64,000 nt of DNA from a virus: positions 27,987 to 91,986 of the IMG/VR virus record IMGVR_UViG_3300042523_000478; one strand, written 5' to 3'. The notes under the pieces are model-generated. The model did no database searches. It saw only the letters and a program-made list of their open reading frames with translations, and was not told the origin of the DNA. Both the position numbers and the translations under genes were made by a program. Below, in pieces: positions 31,834-41,297 of the stretch; position 1 is the stretch's first letter, and each line of letters begins with the position of its first letter.

Positions 31834-31893
31834 TGTCAAGTAACACAATTAAATATGGTAACATTAGGTGGTTCTGATGGATTAAACAATTAA
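31833..31893 (+). pseudogene. Remnant of a paralogue of the downstream 55-aa gene
   Basis: 31837-31893 reads QVTQLNMVTLGGSDGLNN*, versus TVTQLNMVVLGGPDGLNS* at the end of 31923-32090. Confidence 0.6.
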
Positions 31894-31922
31894 ACAATAT
31901 ATTTATATAAAAACAAATAAAA

Positions 31923-32090
31923 ATGGGAGAATCAAGCGCAAATACTGAAGTTACAATATGTATTGAATTATGTGACCAATCTGTGGTGTCAGTAACACCA
32001 CCTCACCCCGTATGGTCCGATTTAACGGGTGGTACGGTAACTCAATTGAATATGGTAGTTCTTGGAGGTCCGGATGGATTAAATTCGTAA
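31923..32090 (+). CDS. 55-aa late protein (not in ORF track)
   Basis: MGESSANTEVTICIELCDQSVVSVTPPHPVWSDLTGGTVTQLNMVVLGGPDGLNS; TATTTAT at 31900 and an A-rich leader. Confidence 0.75.
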   Translation: MGESSANTEVTICIELCDQSVVSVTPPHPVWSDLTGGTVTQLNMVVLGGPDGLNS

Positions 32091-32100
32091 TATTTTAAAA

Positions 32101-32565
32101 ATGAGAAATTTAGATAGATTAATTAAAAAAGTTATTAGAGAAACACACGAAGAAAAATCTCAAAGATATATGTTCTTTTCAAATTTAGAACAAATGAGAA
32201 GACAATGTGATATGTTATTAGATTTAGACCAAGACATGATTGAATCTATTTTAGATAATGGTCATGATTGGGCTCAAGACCATATTTCAGAAGCAAAAAA
32301 TAACATGGACCAAGTATTTGATTTTTTAATGAATGAATCTAAAAAAGACGGTATGGAAATGTCTATGAATATGGATGATGATACGGTTATGATGGAAGGT
32401 AGAAAAAAAACTGGCACACCTCTTTGTGCAAGGGGTAAGGCATCAGCAAAGGCAAAATATGACGTGTACCCCTCCGCATATTCAAATGGCCATGCCGTAC
32501 AAGTATGTAAAGGAAAAATTAAAGGTTTAGATGGTAAAAGACATTGTTCTGGAGCTTATTGTTAA
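32101..32565 (+). CDS. Hypothetical protein with basic C-terminal AKAKYDVYPSAY domain
   Basis: N-terminal LDRLIKKVIRE motif; Cys/Lys-rich C-terminal domain. Confidence 0.7.
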   Translation: MRNLDRLIKKVIRETHEEKSQRYMFFSNLEQMRRQCDMLLDLDQDMIESILDNGHDWAQDHISEAKNNMDQVFDFLMNESKKDGMEMSMNMDDDTVMMEGRKKTGTPLCARGKASAKAKYDVYPSAYSNGHAVQVCKGKIKGLDGKRHCSGAYC

Positions 32566-32582
32566 ATTATTTAAAGATTTTA

Positions 32583-32613
32583 TTTGTGGATTAAATTAAT
32601 TTGATTATATTTG
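32583..32613 (+). promoter_or_regulatory. Bacteroidota sigma-70-type promoter
   Basis: TTTG (32583) - 19 nt - TATATTTG (32606). Confidence 0.75.
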
Positions 32614-32638
32614 TTTATACTAAAAATAACACACATAT

Positions 32639-33070
32639 ATGAAAAAAAAAATAATCAGATTTTTTAAAAGATTTAAGATGAGATTTTATCTTTGGTCAAA
32701 ACGTTCGTCATTGATGAAAACTTACCAAGAGGAAGTTACGTCATACGAAAAAACTTGTTTTAAGATATGTCTTAAATTAATCTCAAACCCTCATTCCGAT
32801 TTTATGATAGCCCCAATGTCTAATAAACGATATATTAGAAATACTGCGTTTGATATGTTTGTTACTATGGATCATGGTAGAATTGAGATCACAAATCACG
32901 TTTTTAATTATAACGTTAAATTATCAGATAGAGATTGGGAAAGAATAACATTTATCTTTGATACTGAAACAGAAAAAAGACGTTCAGAGACAGAACAAGA
33001 TGTTAGTTCCCAAATTAAAAATTCTCTACAACACGTATTAGAAAAATTAGAGAATCACGTTGTTAAATAA
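32639..33070 (+). CDS. Hypothetical protein
   Basis: ORF downstream of a host-type promoter. Confidence 0.7.
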   Translation: MKKKIIRFFKRFKMRFYLWSKRSSLMKTYQEEVTSYEKTCFKICLKLISNPHSDFMIAPMSNKRYIRNTAFDMFVTMDHGRIEITNHVFNYNVKLSDRDWERITFIFDTETEKRRSETEQDVSSQIKNSLQHVLEKLENHVVK

Positions 33071-33085
33071 AAAACCACAAAAAAT

Positions 33086-33116
33086 TTTGGTGGTTAGAAT
33101 AGAATACTTATATTTG
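33086..33116 (+). promoter_or_regulatory. Bacteroidota sigma-70-type promoter
   Basis: TTTG (33086) - 19 nt - TATATTTG (33109). Confidence 0.75.
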
Positions 33117-33142
33117 TATAAATAATTAAAAAAATAAACCTT

Positions 33143-33406
33143 ATGAAAACATCCTTATTAACCCTGTCTTTTTTTATTAGTTTTAACTTGTTTTCCCAAA
33201 CAGTTATTACTAACACGCAAACATCAAATGCCATTGTTTATTCTGACACCACAGAATATGATTTAAATAAATTCACTTCAGAGTATGCGACTGAGATGTC
33301 AACTTGGTCTAAAGAAAAAAAAGAATGGTTTAAAACTTTCGCTTACACTAGAGGTAATATTACAATCCCTAACGAACCGATTGTTGTTCCTAAGTTTAAC
33401 GATTAA
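33143..33406 (+). CDS. Small secreted protein (signal peptide)
   Basis: MKTSLLTLSFFISFNLFS-Q, a typical Bacteroidota SPI signal with Gln at +1. Confidence 0.7.
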   Translation: MKTSLLTLSFFISFNLFSQTVITNTQTSNAIVYSDTTEYDLNKFTSEYATEMSTWSKEKKEWFKTFAYTRGNITIPNEPIVVPKFND

Positions 33407-34707
33407 AGACTATTCAGATAAGTTTTCCATTCCGGATCAGTACCGGAATCTATACGACAAAAGTATGTTAAGTCATTTTTAATACCAAGAAAATAAACTT
33501 TGGCGTTAGGATCATCAAATTCGGTTTGGTCTAAAAAATCTTGACTTAGAATGTCGGCTGGCACTATATCCAACGTAAACATATCAGTATCATATGTTTC
33601 TCTAGGAATTGTTGATGATGGTGACGGGGATAAGTATAATCTTTTATATCCACCACCATTTATTCCTCCATTCTTATCTTCTTCACTATTGAAGATTAAG
33701 TTATTTTCTCTAAATGAATCATCTTTTATATCATTTTGACAAAAGAGATTAATTACTCCAGTAGGTGTTTTTTGTTCTGTTATAACTCGTTTAACAATTC
33801 TCATTAAATCGTTTTCGGTTAATGTAATAATTTTTCTTTTCATATTTTCATTTGTTCTTGGTTTATATTTTGTCATAATTGGTTTTTGACCTTTACCAAT
33901 TTGGGTGTCTTTTTTCTCAGCACTTCTTTTTTGTTGACACGCTGATTTTTTTTGTTCATCTGTCATTTTTGCAGCAACCCCAGCGGCTCTACATTTTGGG
34001 TAACCTTTTGAATCCGCATCTGGTCTACCGCAAGGTGGATGACCTCCACCCTTTTTATTACTACATATATTTACCCACGGACCTTGTGGTTCTGATGAAC
34101 CCTTTGATTTTTTTTTATTACCAAACCAAACACTAAGGTCTTCTTTAATTGTATCTACCGGATATGTATCAACCTCATATGAATCAGTATGTGGGTCCTT
34201 TTCCCAAACACCAACAATTCTTTTAACATTACCTTTTAATGTTTTTTCCTTGTATTTCTTAGTTATGTAATGGTCAACCTCATCGGTGTACGGTCCTAAT
34301 ATATGTTTTTTCCATTTACGTAAACCAAGTTCTTGTGGTCCATTATATGCTCCCGCTGAAATAGATGTACTGGATTCAGTTATTTTTCCTGGGTATTGAT
34401 TAATTACATTACCATCTTCATCACTAGATGTTGAATTTGGGTGATTCTTTATATAATTAGAAATTTTTTTGGATTTATTTTCTAATTTATTAATTTGTTT
34501 TTTTGGTAAACTCATTGACCCATCATAACTATCATACTGTAACATTGCGTTATTGTATTTTGAAACGGGCATTGTGAACGGTTGTAAATCAATTTTTTTA
34601 AATTCTCTAACCCCAGGTTGTAGTGGACCGATATACGATCCTCTACTTCCGGAACTATCAGAAGTAGCCTCATTTAAAATTTTTCTTAATATTTGATTTA
34701 TGTTCAT
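33403..34707 (-). CDS. Multi-module hypothetical protein, probably head-internal
   Basis: Internal repeat, a Cys/Lys-rich PPCGR...YPKC domain and two I/L-x-E propeptide-like motifs; late motif upstream. Confidence 0.65.
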   Translation of the reverse strand: MNINQILRKILNEATSDSSGSRGSYIGPLQPGVREFKKIDLQPFTMPVSKYNNAMLQYDSYDGSMSLPKKQINKLENKSKKISNYIKNHPNSTSSDEDGNVINQYPGKITESSTSISAGAYNGPQELGLRKWKKHILGPYTDEVDHYITKKYKEKTLKGNVKRIVGVWEKDPHTDSYEVDTYPVDTIKEDLSVWFGNKKKSKGSSEPQGPWVNICSNKKGGGHPPCGRPDADSKGYPKCRAAGVAAKMTDEQKKSACQQKRSAEKKDTQIGKGQKPIMTKYKPRTNENMKRKIITLTENDLMRIVKRVITEQKTPTGVINLFCQNDIKDDSFRENNLIFNSEEDKNGGINGGGYKRLYLSPSPSSTIPRETYDTDMFTLDIVPADILSQDFLDQTEFDDPNAKVYFLGIKNDLTYFCRIDSGTDPEWKTYLNSL

Positions 34708-34745
34708 TATTTAATTATAATTATAAATATCTTATATTAAATAAA

Positions 34746-34985
34746 ATGAAAAATAAAGAAGAGTTATTTGGTAATTTATTCGGAACAATTGATTTGTTTA
34801 ACGAAGAACACCTGGAAGTTATACTATCCACTATGGATAAAGAACACGCAATATACTATTTAGTGGAGGCGGTTAAGTGTGCATATAATAGAGGAATCTA
34901 TACAATAGGCGAATCTGAAGTTATTTCTAAATCTATTAGAGTGTTTTCAAAATTGGGGGATTCTACCCAAACTAATGAGAAATAA
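34746..34985 (+). CDS. Hypothetical protein
   Basis: 79-aa ORF converging on the capsid gene terminator. Confidence 0.65.
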   Translation: MKNKEELFGNLFGTIDLFNEEHLEVILSTMDKEHAIYYLVEAVKCAYNRGIYTIGESEVISKSIRVFSKLGDSTQTNEK

Positions 34986-35012
34986 AAAAAGGGACAATAA
35001 ATTGTCCCTTTT
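34984..35012. terminator. Bidirectional terminator after the major capsid gene
   Basis: AAAAAAAGGGACAAT-AA-ATTGTCCCTTTT inverted repeat. Confidence 0.8.
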
Positions 35013-35036
35013 GAGTGTAATACTTTAAGATTTTGA

Positions 35037-36881
35037 TTATCTCAATTCTCTTAAATCAAATGTACGAACACCATCTACGGTAATTCTTCCGTAAAATCTG
35101 TTGTTTACCATTTTTTTCGCGTATCTCGTCATTATTCCTTTAATCGGAGTAAAGTTGAACGGATTGTACATTGTAGGTGTTAATTGTAGAGGTACGTACG
35201 GTGCGTAGATGTAACCTGTGTCTAACAATGATGTTCCTTTATGTCCTAACAAAACTGTGTTTGGTGGGAAGTAAGGGTCACGGTAAACTTGGTAACGTCC
35301 TGCAAGAGTACCAACTCTTTCAATACCCATATTGTATTGGTCTTGTTCAGGAGATGCGTTAGATACGTGGAAGTATTCTAAATCATCAAAGATTGCAGAA
35401 ACCTCAGAAGAAACAACGATCCAGTTAGCTCCACCTCTTAAAGTAGATTTGTGGATTTGTGCTGACAACTGATTGATTGCCGTAATCAAAGTTTGATTCC
35501 AATCTTTTTGAGTATAAGATGTAGTTTGAGCAATTCTTCTCCATCCGTTGTAATCCCAACGTAGGTTCCAAGCCGCTCCTTTTCTCAAGTCACGTAAAAT
35601 TTCACGGTCAATTTCAGCGGCCACTTGTTCTGACAATAAAGCCGTCAATTCAGCTTCAGCGTCAATGTTGTGGAATGCCGCAACGTCTTGTGCCATTTCT
35701 GGAGACCATTGTGCTCTTAATTTTCTTTCAGATACAGAAACAGTTACTGATTCTAAATCAAAAGAAACCTCACCAATTTGGTCTTCAAACTCCATATTTT
35801 TGTAAGTTCTATAGATAGAAGTAAATGAATTACCTGAATGTCCTGAATAAATTGTAGTACCTGTGTAACCATCTAAAGATGTTGAGTCACAGTCAGCACA
35901 TACAGGACAAGAAAGGTCAACTTCAACGTAGATGTAACCATTAGCGTCACAAATATCGTAGTAAGAACCACCATTACCTGTTGTTGGCCAAGTTGTTGAC
36001 GCTTGATTACCGTATTGAACGATTCCTTTACCGTATTGTTGAGTAACAACTCTAAATAACAATGGAAGTGGGGTACCGTTTGCGTCTGCAAGTACATTAC
36101 AAGGTGTTGTAGATGCGGATAAAGTTGGTTGATTTGCAATAATCTTAAGGTCAGATAAGAATGTTTCTGAATCCATTTCATTACCATCAGGACCTACTAA
36201 TTTACCAGCTCCTGAACTTCTGAATCCTGAAATTTTCAAAATCATTTTTCTGATGTTACCTGTCGGTGCGTTTGAAAGAACTAGATTACCACTAGACCAT
36301 ACTTGGATTTGTGTTGTAGCAGTAACTGCAGTCCACGCTCCTTTAGAGTAATCAAACAATCCTGGAGGATCCAAACCTGCTTCACCACCTTCGTAGAACA
36401 AATCATAAAGATTTTTTGCGTAAGGGAAGTTTGTTGCCGATGCCGTACCATAACCTTGGTTAGGATCGTTATCACCACTGTCAACTGCGTTTGGAGAACC
36501 GATTGGTGCGTAATGCTCACCACCATCAACGGCTGCCGATTTGTAACCTTGGATTTTAGGTACAAAGAAGAACAATTTACCGATAGGTAAGTTCATTGCT
36601 TGTACAGAAACGATGTCGTTAGCTAACAATTTAGAGAAAACTCTTCTTACGATAGGGAAAACAACTGTTTCAAATGCTCCGTTAGAACCTTCTGAAGTTG
36701 CTTCGTTAATCAAGAAAGAAGCTTGGTTTTCATATAACTGTGCTACGTTTTCTTTTAGGTGGCCTCTAAGACCTTCAAGGAACCCTAATCTGTCCCATTT
36801 GTTTATAGTGTCTTCTTTGATAACTTTAAGGTGTTTTAACCCGATGTTACCTACAAGACCTGATTCTAATAATGCTCCCAT
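35037..36881 (-). CDS. Major capsid protein, T4 gp23 family
   Basis: PIVRRVF..LAND..SVQAM..P.G, RKLRAQWSPEMAQD..AFH.IDAEAELTALLSEQV..EIDREI, YAPYVPL, P..GIMTRY. Confidence 0.95.
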   Translation of the reverse strand: MGALLESGLVGNIGLKHLKVIKEDTINKWDRLGFLEGLRGHLKENVAQLYENQASFLINEATSEGSNGAFETVVFPIVRRVFSKLLANDIVSVQAMNLPIGKLFFFVPKIQGYKSAAVDGGEHYAPIGSPNAVDSGDNDPNQGYGTASATNFPYAKNLYDLFYEGGEAGLDPPGLFDYSKGAWTAVTATTQIQVWSSGNLVLSNAPTGNIRKMILKISGFRSSGAGKLVGPDGNEMDSETFLSDLKIIANQPTLSASTTPCNVLADANGTPLPLLFRVVTQQYGKGIVQYGNQASTTWPTTGNGGSYYDICDANGYIYVEVDLSCPVCADCDSTSLDGYTGTTIYSGHSGNSFTSIYRTYKNMEFEDQIGEVSFDLESVTVSVSERKLRAQWSPEMAQDVAAFHNIDAEAELTALLSEQVAAEIDREILRDLRKGAAWNLRWDYNGWRRIAQTTSYTQKDWNQTLITAINQLSAQIHKSTLRGGANWIVVSSEVSAIFDDLEYFHVSNASPEQDQYNMGIERVGTLAGRYQVYRDPYFPPNTVLLGHKGTSLLDTGYIYAPYVPLQLTPTMYNPFNFTPIKGIMTRYAKKMVNNRFYGRITVDGVRTFDLRELR

Positions 36882-36918
36882 TTTTTTTGGTTTTTTATTT
36901 TTTAGTTTATTTATTTAT

Positions 36919-38697
36919 TTATTTTAATTTTCCCATTAAATCTTTCATTCTTAAGAACTGAGGATTTTCATACGTTTTAGATTCAATTAAATTTACTGCC
37001 GATCCTGTTGTAGGAACTTTAGAAATTGTTCTTTGTACTGATTCTGTGATTGTACCATCTCCTTTTGAAGTTACTTCAGAAAGTTCTCCTTTAATGTATT
37101 TGTAAAGATTTTTAGATTCTTTTAAAGTTTCGGCGTTGTCAAATCTTCTTAGAATATTAATCTTTTCTTGTTTAGTTGTTGAGTGTTCAGTAAATAAACG
37201 AGTTGCGTAAGCCAAGTTTGAATTGAAAACTGCAACCTCATTTAATTTAGTTCTGAAAAGGTCAAGAGCCTTTCTGTATTCTCCGTTTTTCGCTCTTAAT
37301 AAATCTAATTCTTCAGTACTTTCTTTTCTTAAATGTCTAGGTGCTGCTTTTGGTTTATCCAAACCTTCTCTACCCCATCTTTTACCGTTACCCAAAGTTC
37401 TAGAAGCCTCTTTAAATTCTCCTCTAGCTTTTGGTTTCATTCCAAAACCTTCGTAGTTAACTTCTTCTTTATATTCAAATTTCGCTTTACCCATTCCAAC
37501 ACCTCTGGTTCCTTGTTTCATAGTTGTTTTGAAACCACCAGATTGGTTTGGTTTTTTATCGTATCTGAATTTAGATGCGTTACCCATACCCATTCCTTTG
37601 GCTTTTGCTTTCATTTTGGCTTCATTCATCCATCCTTCTTCTAATTCATCAGTGATGGACCTACCAACTGGCATCTCATTAGAGTATAGTTCATCTTCCA
37701 TATATGGGTCTTCTTCCGCATATGGGTCTTCTTCAAAATATCTATCTACATTATCTGACGTATCATAATCATCCATTTCCATAAATTCGATTGGGTGTCT
37801 GTCACCTGAAAGTCCTTCATCATCTAATTCTAACTCATAGATTGTTTCTTCACCCATCTCTTTTTTATCGTTTTCAAGAGATTGTTGAGTTAAGTCCTCA
37901 ATTTCTTTAAATTCTCCAAATGAAAAATCATCATCGTTTTCTTCACCAAATTCATCAAATGAAAATTTATTTGACGAATAATCGTCTTCATCACCAAATT
38001 CATCAAATGAAAATTTATTTGACGAATAATCGTCTTCATCACCAAATTCATCGTAATCACCAAATTTATCGTAATCACCAAATTCATCACCCATCATAGA
38101 ACCTTTCATAGAACCTTTCATAGAACCTCTCATAGGTATATCGTCCATCCTAGAACCTCTCATAGAACCTCTCATAGGCATATCGTCCATCATAGAATCT
38201 CTCATAGGCATATCAGATTCTCCAAGTTGGATTAGGTATTCTGTATCATTTTCGTTGTCTGATAAATGTAACATATTGTTTTCTTTTTTTACGATTACAC
38301 CATCTTCATCTCCCATTGCTTTAAATACTCTTAAAACTTCAGCATCTGATGCTTTGGTTAAATCAATTGTGTCCTCATCTGAATCCATAGTTGGTAGGTC
38401 CATCATATCATCTTCCGTGTCATCCACGTCTAATGAAAAATCATCCTCATCATCTACATCATCTAAATTATCAGTATCGGCATCAATATCTTCCAAATCA
38501 TCCATGGTAGATACATCAACGTCAACATCGTCCTCATCTTCAACCTCATCTTGTTCTAAGAGAGATTCTTTTACTAATGAACCAATTTCTCTCCTCATAG
38601 TTGAAGAAAGTATTCCTTGTGCATTTTTGTTAAGGGATTCCTCCAAATTTTGTATTTGGAAAAGTGCGTCCTCAATAACTGAATTGTTTTTTATCAT
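36919..38697 (-). CDS. Prohead core/scaffold protein with long acidic repeat region
   Basis: Immediately upstream of the capsid gene; C-terminal LNEVAVFNSNLAY..RLF...KINILRRFD coiled coil; very Asp/Glu-rich. Confidence 0.75.
   Translation of the reverse strand: MIKNNSVIEDALFQIQNLEESLNKNAQGILSSTMRREIGSLVKESLLEQDEVEDEDDVDVDVSTMDDLEDIDADTDNLDDVDDEDDFSLDVDDTEDDMMDLPTMDSDEDTIDLTKASDAEVLRVFKAMGDEDGVIVKKENNMLHLSDNENDTEYLIQLGESDMPMRDSMMDDMPMRGSMRGSRMDDIPMRGSMKGSMKGSMMGDEFGDYDKFGDYDEFGDEDDYSSNKFSFDEFGDEDDYSSNKFSFDEFGEENDDDFSFGEFKEIEDLTQQSLENDKKEMGEETIYELELDDEGLSGDRHPIEFMEMDDYDTSDNVDRYFEEDPYAEEDPYMEDELYSNEMPVGRSITDELEEGWMNEAKMKAKAKGMGMGNASKFRYDKKPNQSGGFKTTMKQGTRGVGMGKAKFEYKEEVNYEGFGMKPKARGEFKEASRTLGNGKRWGREGLDKPKAAPRHLRKESTEELDLLRAKNGEYRKALDLFRTKLNEVAVFNSNLAYATRLFTEHSTTKQEKINILRRFDNAETLKESKNLYKYIKGELSEVTSKGDGTITESVQRTISKVPTTGSAVNLIESKTYENPQFLRMKDLMGKLK
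37943..38205. repeat. Tandem repeats in the scaffold gene
   Basis: Perfect 48-bp unit x2.3 (37943-38052) followed by 18-bp (GDYD.F) and 12-bp (M(R/K)GS) repeats. Confidence 0.9.
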
Positions 38698-38828
38698 CTT
38701 TTATTTTGTGATGTTTATTCAAATAAATACTTGATAAAATAAAAAAGTTCAGTTATTTTGATATAGATGCAAAAAAAAATGGAAATGAACCTAATCATCT
38801 CCATTTATTTTTTAAATAAAATTTGTTT

Positions 38829-39044
38829 TTATTCAATTACTTCGTCAATTTTACTTTCTGTAATTGAAGTTATTCTCCAATCCATTGTGTAATTTTCATA
38901 AACTTTAGTAACTTTGGCTTCAACATCTGTAGGTGAATACCCTTTAACTAATTTTTCTTCTCTTGTTTTTTTTACTTTACCTGATTCACTATCTAATAAA
39001 TCAGATGCGATTTTAGCCACAAAATACTTTTCTCCTTGTTCCAT
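38829..39044 (-). CDS. DUF4494-like protein
   Basis: YFVAKI......GKVKKTREEKLV...SPTDVEAKV resembles the Bacteroidota DUF4494 pattern. Confidence 0.55.
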   Translation of the reverse strand: MEQGEKYFVAKIASDLLDSESGKVKKTREEKLVKGYSPTDVEAKVTKVYENYTMDWRITSITESKIDEVIE

Positions 39045-39082
39045 AATTATAATTTTTTTTTATAAAAATAAGACTAATAATA

Positions 39083-39820
39083 TTATTTGTCAAGAAATGA
39101 AGATAACTTATCCATTAAACTTTTTGTTTTATCAATAGATGTGGATTCCATTCCAGTCGCTCTTTCTATATTCATTTTTGTCTCCTCCTCAAGATTCTCA
39201 TCATACTTACCTCTATCGTTCTTATCTAAGAATAAATAAGCTCCAGGAGTAGATGGTGATGATACCAAGTCAAAACAAATTAATTCAAAATCATCTTGTA
39301 CCTCATTTCTTTCCCCAACTTTTTTAAGTGATCCAACACCACGAGAAGAAATACCTAATGTAACCCCTTGACGTAAGTAGTTTGCCGCAATATCTCCCTT
39401 AGTTGAACATATCCCTCTTTCATGAAATCCAGGACTTGTAAGTAACCTTAATTTACCTAATAAAACAGGACCTTCCCACCAAACTTCAGTTATCATATGT
39501 GATACTCTATCTAAATCTATTAAAGAAGATTCCGGGTGATTTAATTCAGAAAGAGAAGTTCCCTTCTCAATCATTTTTTTATAATTCTCAGATTCTCTCT
39601 TTAATATTTTTTCTGGATAAACCCTACCATTTCTATTTGGCGTATCATATTTTTGTAGGACCGCATAGAATTCAAATGGTTTAGAATAATCCATAAAATT
39701 TTTGGACTCTTTTAATAAATCGTAATTTCTACCTTCTCTTGGATTAATGTATCCCGCATCATACTCAATAAGAATACCCTTACCCGTATCTCTAGGGCCT
39801 AAAATTTTATAACCGTTCAT
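39083..39820 (-). CDS. Prohead core protein protease, T4 gp21 family
   Basis: NRNGRVYP, ELNHP, VSH, LGISSRGVGSL, DFELICFDLVSSPSTPGA. Confidence 0.92.
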   Translation of the reverse strand: MNGYKILGPRDTGKGILIEYDAGYINPREGRNYDLLKESKNFMDYSKPFEFYAVLQKYDTPNRNGRVYPEKILKRESENYKKMIEKGTSLSELNHPESSLIDLDRVSHMITEVWWEGPVLLGKLRLLTSPGFHERGICSTKGDIAANYLRQGVTLGISSRGVGSLKKVGERNEVQDDFELICFDLVSSPSTPGAYLFLDKNDRGKYDENLEEETKMNIERATGMESTSIDKTKSLMDKLSSFLDK

Positions 39821-39841
39821 AATTAGTTTTAATAATAAATA

Positions 39842-40309
39842 TTAAACTTTTTCTAATATTACCTTTACAGGTTTATAATTTCCATTTTTTGTGAGAAAGA
39901 ACTTAAAATAGTCATTTCCGGTTAGGACATCGTTATAAATTTCTTTAGTTAAATTTTTTAAGGATTTTTTTAATTTTGGTGATTTAAAATCTATTTCTTG
40001 GTTTAAAAATAAATTTATTTCTAAATTCATAAATGATTTTTTCTTTAGTTGTAGTCCGCTGGTTCTTAAGTCCATATCTACAATAAATTTGTCGTCAAAT
40101 AATGTTTTGTCTATATTTTGATAAACCGAATGTTTTATTGCCCTGTTCATGTTTAATACCACACGGGTCCAATTTTCAGATTCAATTTTTGGTTCCGACC
40201 AAGTTTGAATATTTAAATAAAGTGATTTAAATTCTTTTGAGTCGACGGTCCCGTAATGTACTTTAGATGTTCTGAATCCATTTATTTTTGTGGTTTTTCC
40301 TTTTTTCAT
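39842..40309 (-). CDS. Hypothetical protein
   Basis: ORF track. Confidence 0.7.
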   Translation of the reverse strand: MKKGKTTKINGFRTSKVHYGTVDSKEFKSLYLNIQTWSEPKIESENWTRVVLNMNRAIKHSVYQNIDKTLFDDKFIVDMDLRTSGLQLKKKSFMNLEINLFLNQEIDFKSPKLKKSLKNLTKEIYNDVLTGNDYFKFFLTKNGNYKPVKVILEKV

Positions 40310-40398
40310 ATTTTTTTTTCATACCAATATCGTTTATTTTCAATAAGTTTACGTATTTTTACGATATATATCAATATACAAGAAAATAAAACAAAAAT

Positions 40399-40584
40399 AT
40401 GCTAATAGTAAAAGTTAAAAGAGGGGATATTGAAAAAGCCCTGAAAGAATTAAAAAGTAAGGTGATAAAAACAAGACAAAATAGTCACCTAAATTATAAA
40501 AAAGAATTTACTAAAAAGTCAGTTGAAAAAAGACAAGAGTTGCAAAAAGCAATTTACAAACAGAAAATCCAAATAAAAGATTAA
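40399..40584 (+). CDS. rpsU: Phage-encoded 30S ribosomal protein bS21
   Basis: MLIVKV..GDIEKALKELKSKV.KT......KEFTKKSVEKRQELQKAIYKQ matches the Bacteroidota S21 pattern; 61 aa, highly basic. Confidence 0.85.
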   Translation: MLIVKVKRGDIEKALKELKSKVIKTRQNSHLNYKKEFTKKSVEKRQELQKAIYKQKIQIKD

Positions 40585-41297
40585 AGATTCTTATTCAACT
40601 GCAATAGTTTGAAATAACTTAACTTATCAAAGGATTCTTTTTGAACTTTAACAATAGTTTCATTTATTCTTCCTAAAACTTCGTTGTTAGATTCCTCAGA
40701 TTTAAGATCTTCTAATTTTTCAATTACCGTTTCTTTTAAAACATCGTACTTAATAACTAACTTATCATTACTTTCATTTAAAATTGATGTTAATTTTTTC
40801 TTATCAGATTCCTCTAAGGTTGAGATATAATCATTAACTGTCTTATTAGCAACTTTTACCATTTTATCCATTGGGACCTTTGATGTTTCTTCTTCGGTTA
40901 CTGGTTGTTTTTTTAAGTTTTCTAATATAGTTTTTTTACTTTTAATTTTTTCCTCTAAATTTACAACACTTGAGGAGAATAAATTATCAATATCATTATA
41001 GTTATTACCTGATTTTACATGACCTAACCATAACGATAATTCTTTAAGATTTAACTTATCAATTTTATTAATAATGTTTTCATATATAATCGTACTTTGA
41101 TTAATATATTCAGAACCTAAAGATTCGTTTAGTCCTTTATTCTTTGATAATTCATCGTAAAGGTAATAAAGTTTGCTTACGTTTTTATTGTTTAGAACAA
41201 GTTCCTTAAAAAGAAACACATCTTTTTTAAATGTGCCGTTTTCATAAGATTCGGTAAGGCACTTTTCTATTTTTGTTTTTAATATTCCAAATTTCAT
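40581..41297 (-). CDS. Hypothetical head-module protein
   Basis: Lies between portal and S21; late motif upstream. Confidence 0.7.
   Translation of the reverse strand: MKFGILKTKIEKCLTESYENGTFKKDVFLFKELVLNNKNVSKLYYLYDELSKNKGLNESLGSEYINQSTIIYENIINKIDKLNLKELSLWLGHVKSGNNYNDIDNLFSSSVVNLEEKIKSKKTILENLKKQPVTEEETSKVPMDKMVKVANKTVNDYISTLEESDKKKLTSILNESNDKLVIKYDVLKETVIEKLEDLKSEESNNEVLGRINETIVKVQKESFDKLSYFKLLQLNKNL

Noticed and set aside
37943-38205. Tandem repeats as a CRISPR array
   Set aside because: Units are contiguous with no unique spacers, are multiples of 3 within a CDS, and no cas genes are seen.
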